A stretch of DNA of 62,658 nucleotides, the filler included. It is 7 parts of 7 records of this genome, joined end to end, with 100 filler letters (N's around TTAATTAATTAA, not from the genome) between each part and the next. Parts side by side here need not be neighbours in the genome. Positions count along the whole stretch, not along the records: positions 55,964 to 62,658 come from DRR723986_14841; 6 more parts are not named here. The stretch is one strand, 5' to 3'. The translations under genes were made by a program, and so were the position numbers. Of this stretch, positions 60,122 to 62,658 are shown piece after piece. A model generated the notes under the pieces. That model was not told where the DNA came from and did not search any database. It worked only from the letters and a program-made list of their open reading frames with translations. The number at the start of each line of letters is the position of its first letter. Positions within the stretch are counted from its first letter, which is position 1.

Positions 60122-62071
60122 TCAATCCACGCCAAACAGCTTGAGCAGACCTTTCTTCGCTTCGTCTTCTAGCCGGTCTTTTATCAGCTCTTCGACATCC
60201 TGATCCTCGGTCACAGTCTGATCCAACTCCTCGCCAAGCTTTTCAAGCAATTTTCCCTTGGCCTGATCTTCAACCTCGTCGATCCGAACACCTGCCGCGG
60301 CTTCGATCACTTGGCTCAGGTCTGGCTTGATCGATGGGTTTGCCCAAGGCCCGACGATTCGCACCGGGATCGCTAACCCTTTCCCCGCATTCGCGCGCAA
60401 GGCAACCGGCGTGAACACATAGTCAATGTCACGCGCGCCCAAACCGACCCGCCCGGCCCCATCAGCGCGATAGTTATCAAGCTGCAACAACAGATCCCGA
60501 TTGTGCAGGATACCATTGGCCATCGTGTACGAACCACTAAGGCTATTGAACACGGTGGTGCCACCACCTGTTTGGCCACTCTCCATCAGTCGGTCCAGAT
60601 CAAACCCGGAAATGAGACCCCGGCCCATTTGAACGCGCCCCTGCCCCGACAACGAGTTCATGATCGCATGCTCGCTCGCCCCCACGCCCAGAAATTCCAA
60701 CGAAGCGGTCGCCTTGCCCGACAAACGATCCACCCCCCCAAGCAACATCAGGGCCTGCTGCATTTCGATCCCTTCTGCGCGGAGTTTTCCTCCAACAGAT
60801 AATCCATTGCGATTGTTCGCCACCAACTGCCCATTCAGAGTGCCCGAAAACACGGAAACAGGCGCCATCTTTAACACCGCGCGCGATCGATCCACACTGA
60901 GGCTCAGATTGGTTGCCCCAAGCGCAACAAAGGATGTTTTGATTGACCGCGCAGACAGGCTGACAACCCCATCGGCCAATGCCAATCCCGACACGTCTAT
61001 TGCGTCTTTCGACCATCCACTGGATGTCTGGTTTGCTGTGGCATTCCCACCCTGTGAGGGGGCACTGACTGCGCTAAAATCAAGATCGTTAGCAGAAAGC
61101 TGCGCGGTGAACTTGGGCTCATCCCCCAAGATCAAATCCACATCCCCGCTCAGTTGGTTTTGCCCCAAGCCAAGTTGCATCTTGCGCAGCGACAACCGCC
61201 CGTCCCGGGTATAGGTCATCTGCGCGTCGATGTTTGCGGCACGTCCCAGCCCGTCCGGCAAAGACAACCCAGATTGTCCAAGCGCGACCAACACGCGTTG
61301 CGTATCTGATGCCCTGAGGGACACCTGACCCGCGGCTTCGCCCAGCTGGCTGATTTGCCCATTGTATTGGATCTCGCCCCCGTCCGTAACGGCAGTCAAT
61401 TCCAACCGCGTAATGGCTCCTTCGGAAAACGCGACGAAATCATGCAACCGAACCGTCAAATCCACGGGCTGTGACCCCGGTTGTACACGCAACTGCAAAT
61501 CAAAGGGGACTGTCTCGCTGGGCCAACGTGCCGTCATTTCGACCTGAGACAGATCAAAGGCTGTACCACCATCGTCCTTATACACAAGACGTGCATTGTG
61601 CAGCTTGAGGTTCTCAAGCGTGATCGCCGACGGCGTTCCGCCCTCATCAGCCGTTGAATTGCTCTGGCTCGCTGTGCCGCTGATGGACGGCGCACCAAAT
61701 TCCCAATTCCGGCGCCCCCGCGATTCCACCAAACGCAATACCGGATCGTCCGCAATGATACGCTTCACCCGCACCTCGCCGCGCAACAGCGCAGGTGCCG
61801 CAATCCCGATCGAGACCTTTTGCGCACTGAACATTGGCTCAGACCCGGCCCACTCCGGGTTGCTCAGGGTCATCGGGCCCGTTTCCACCCCCAACACAGG
61901 CCAAAGGGTCAATCGAACATCTCCGCCAACTGTCAGTTCACGACCGGTTTGCGCCCGTATCTGGTCCGTTGCGATTGCTGCAATCCGATCCCCTGGTAAC
62001 AACAAGATCCCAGCGATCAAGATCCCAACCACAGCCACCAAAACGACCCCGATCCGCATCACCCACTTCAT
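60122..62071 (-). CDS. AsmA family protein
   Basis: N-terminal [17 protein letters not shown], and C-terminal G.G.V.L....IDY / [10 protein letters not shown] motifs. Confidence 0.88.
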   Translation of the reverse strand: MKWVMRIGVVLVAVVGILIAGILLLPGDRIAAIATDQIRAQTGRELTVGGDVRLTLWPVLGVETGPMTLSNPEWAGSEPMFSAQKVSIGIAAPALLRGEVRVKRIIADDPVLRLVESRGRRNWEFGAPSISGTASQSNSTADEGGTPSAITLENLKLHNARLVYKDDGGTAFDLSQVEMTARWPSETVPFDLQLRVQPGSQPVDLTVRLHDFVAFSEGAITRLELTAVTDGGEIQYNGQISQLGEAAGQVSLRASDTQRVLVALGQSGLSLPDGLGRAANIDAQMTYTRDGRLSLRKMQLGLGQNQLSGDVDLILGDEPKFTAQLSANDLDFSAVSAPSQGGNATANQTSSGWSKDAIDVSGLALADGVVSLSARSIKTSFVALGATNLSLSVDRSRAVLKMAPVSVFSGTLNGQLVANNRNGLSVGGKLRAEGIEMQQALMLLGGVDRLSGKATASLEFLGVGASEHAIMNSLSGQGRVQMGRGLISGFDLDRLMESGQTGGGTTVFNSLSGSYTMANGILHNRDLLLQLDNYRADGAGRVGLGARDIDYVFTPVALRANAGKGLAIPVRIVGPWANPSIKPDLSQVIEAAAGVRIDEVEDQAKGKLLEKLGEELDQTVTEDQDVEELIKDRLEDEAKKGLLKLFGVD

Positions 62072-62169
62072 CAACCTGCTCCTTACTTGCCTTAGCGCCC
62101 GCGTATTACAACGCTGCCAGTTGCGCACAACATTTGCACGCGCAGCCGTTCCCTACTATATGCCCGCGT

Positions 62170-62658
62170 ATGAGCACAAATCCTCCCAGCCTTCGCCCCG
62201 ACCTTGCGCCCTCAGCCCGTTTCTCTGATCAGCCCCGCGCTGGCCAGCCCACTATTGGCATGGTTTCTCTTGGATGCCCCAAAGCCCTTGTCGACAGTGA
62301 ACGGATTCTGACCCGTTTGCGCGCCGAAGGCTATGGCATTTCGCCCGATTACTCTGGTGCCGATGCAGTTATCGTGAACACCTGCGGGTTTCTGGATTCA
62401 GCCAAGGCTGAAAGCCTGGATGCCATTGGCGAGGCGCTTACCGAAAACGGCAAGGTTATCGTGACCGGATGTCTTGGGGCGGAACCCGATTACATCCGCG
62501 AACACCACCCCCGCATTCTGGCCGTCACGGGCCCGCATCAATACGAACAGGTGCTGGATGCGGTGCACGGCGCTGTGCCCCCCGACCCGGATCCATTCAT
62601 CGACCTCCTGCCTGCAAGCGGCGTGAAACTGACCCCGCGCCATTACAGCTATCTCAAG
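62170..62658 (+). CDS. rimO: Ribosomal protein S12 methylthiotransferase, 3'-truncated (not in ORF track)
   Basis: Manual translation ..[50 protein letters not shown]. Confidence 0.95.
   Translation, partial: MSTNPPSLRPDLAPSARFSDQPRAGQPTIGMVSLGCPKALVDSERILTRLRAEGYGISPDYSGADAVIVNTCGFLDSAKAESLDAIGEALTENGKVIVTGCLGAEPDYIREHHPRILAVTGPHQYEQVLDAVHGAVPPDPDPFIDLLPASGVKLTPRHYSYLK

Overview
The window is not one locus. It joins seven unrelated contigs with six identical 100-bp artificial spacers (N44-TTAATTAATTAA-N44), so gene context is valid only within a contig. Taxonomic labels are inferences from gene content and base composition. (1) 1-14839, AT-rich Bacteroidota (Cyclobacteriaceae-like): 3' part of an ebo cluster (eboC-D-E-F), gldB, a fasciclin lipoprotein, an nth-asnB-GT4 operon, a DmpA peptidase, a P1B ATPase, SnoaL and cupin genes. 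(2) 14940-21512, betaproteobacterium (Limnobacter-like): AidB-like ACAD, YjfB, a TetR/ACAD pair, two MCPs and cheY. (3) 21613-33152, Marinobacter-like: glnK-amtB with sigma54/NtrC sites, divergent speE/speA, AraC, rpoE-chrR, SDR, ACAD, a candidate sRNA and tcdA. (4) 33253-41154, alphaproteobacterium (Roseibium/Labrenzia-like): thrS end, acyltransferase, nitroreductase, flavin reductase, and CtrA-boxed SLT and DUF2336 genes. (5) 41255-46611, GC-rich gammaproteobacterium (Halieaceae-like): dnaK-grpE-hrcA, recN, fur, bamE. (6) 46712-55863, AT-rich Bacteroidota: two POT transporters, M1 aminopeptidase, DUF5686 protein and a SprB-repeat adhesin. (7) 55964-62658, Roseobacter-group-like: KpsE-like gene, kdsA, PMM/PGM, AsmA, rimO. 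I saw no CRISPR, tRNA, rRNA, phage or transposase. Most genes are housekeeping and I cannot demonstrate a wholly new system. The best leads are an unannotated sRNA candidate with an anti-Shine-Dalgarno motif, the ebo cluster of unknown product, palindromes embedded identically in two sigma32 promoters, and a CtrA-linked SLT/DUF2336 pair.
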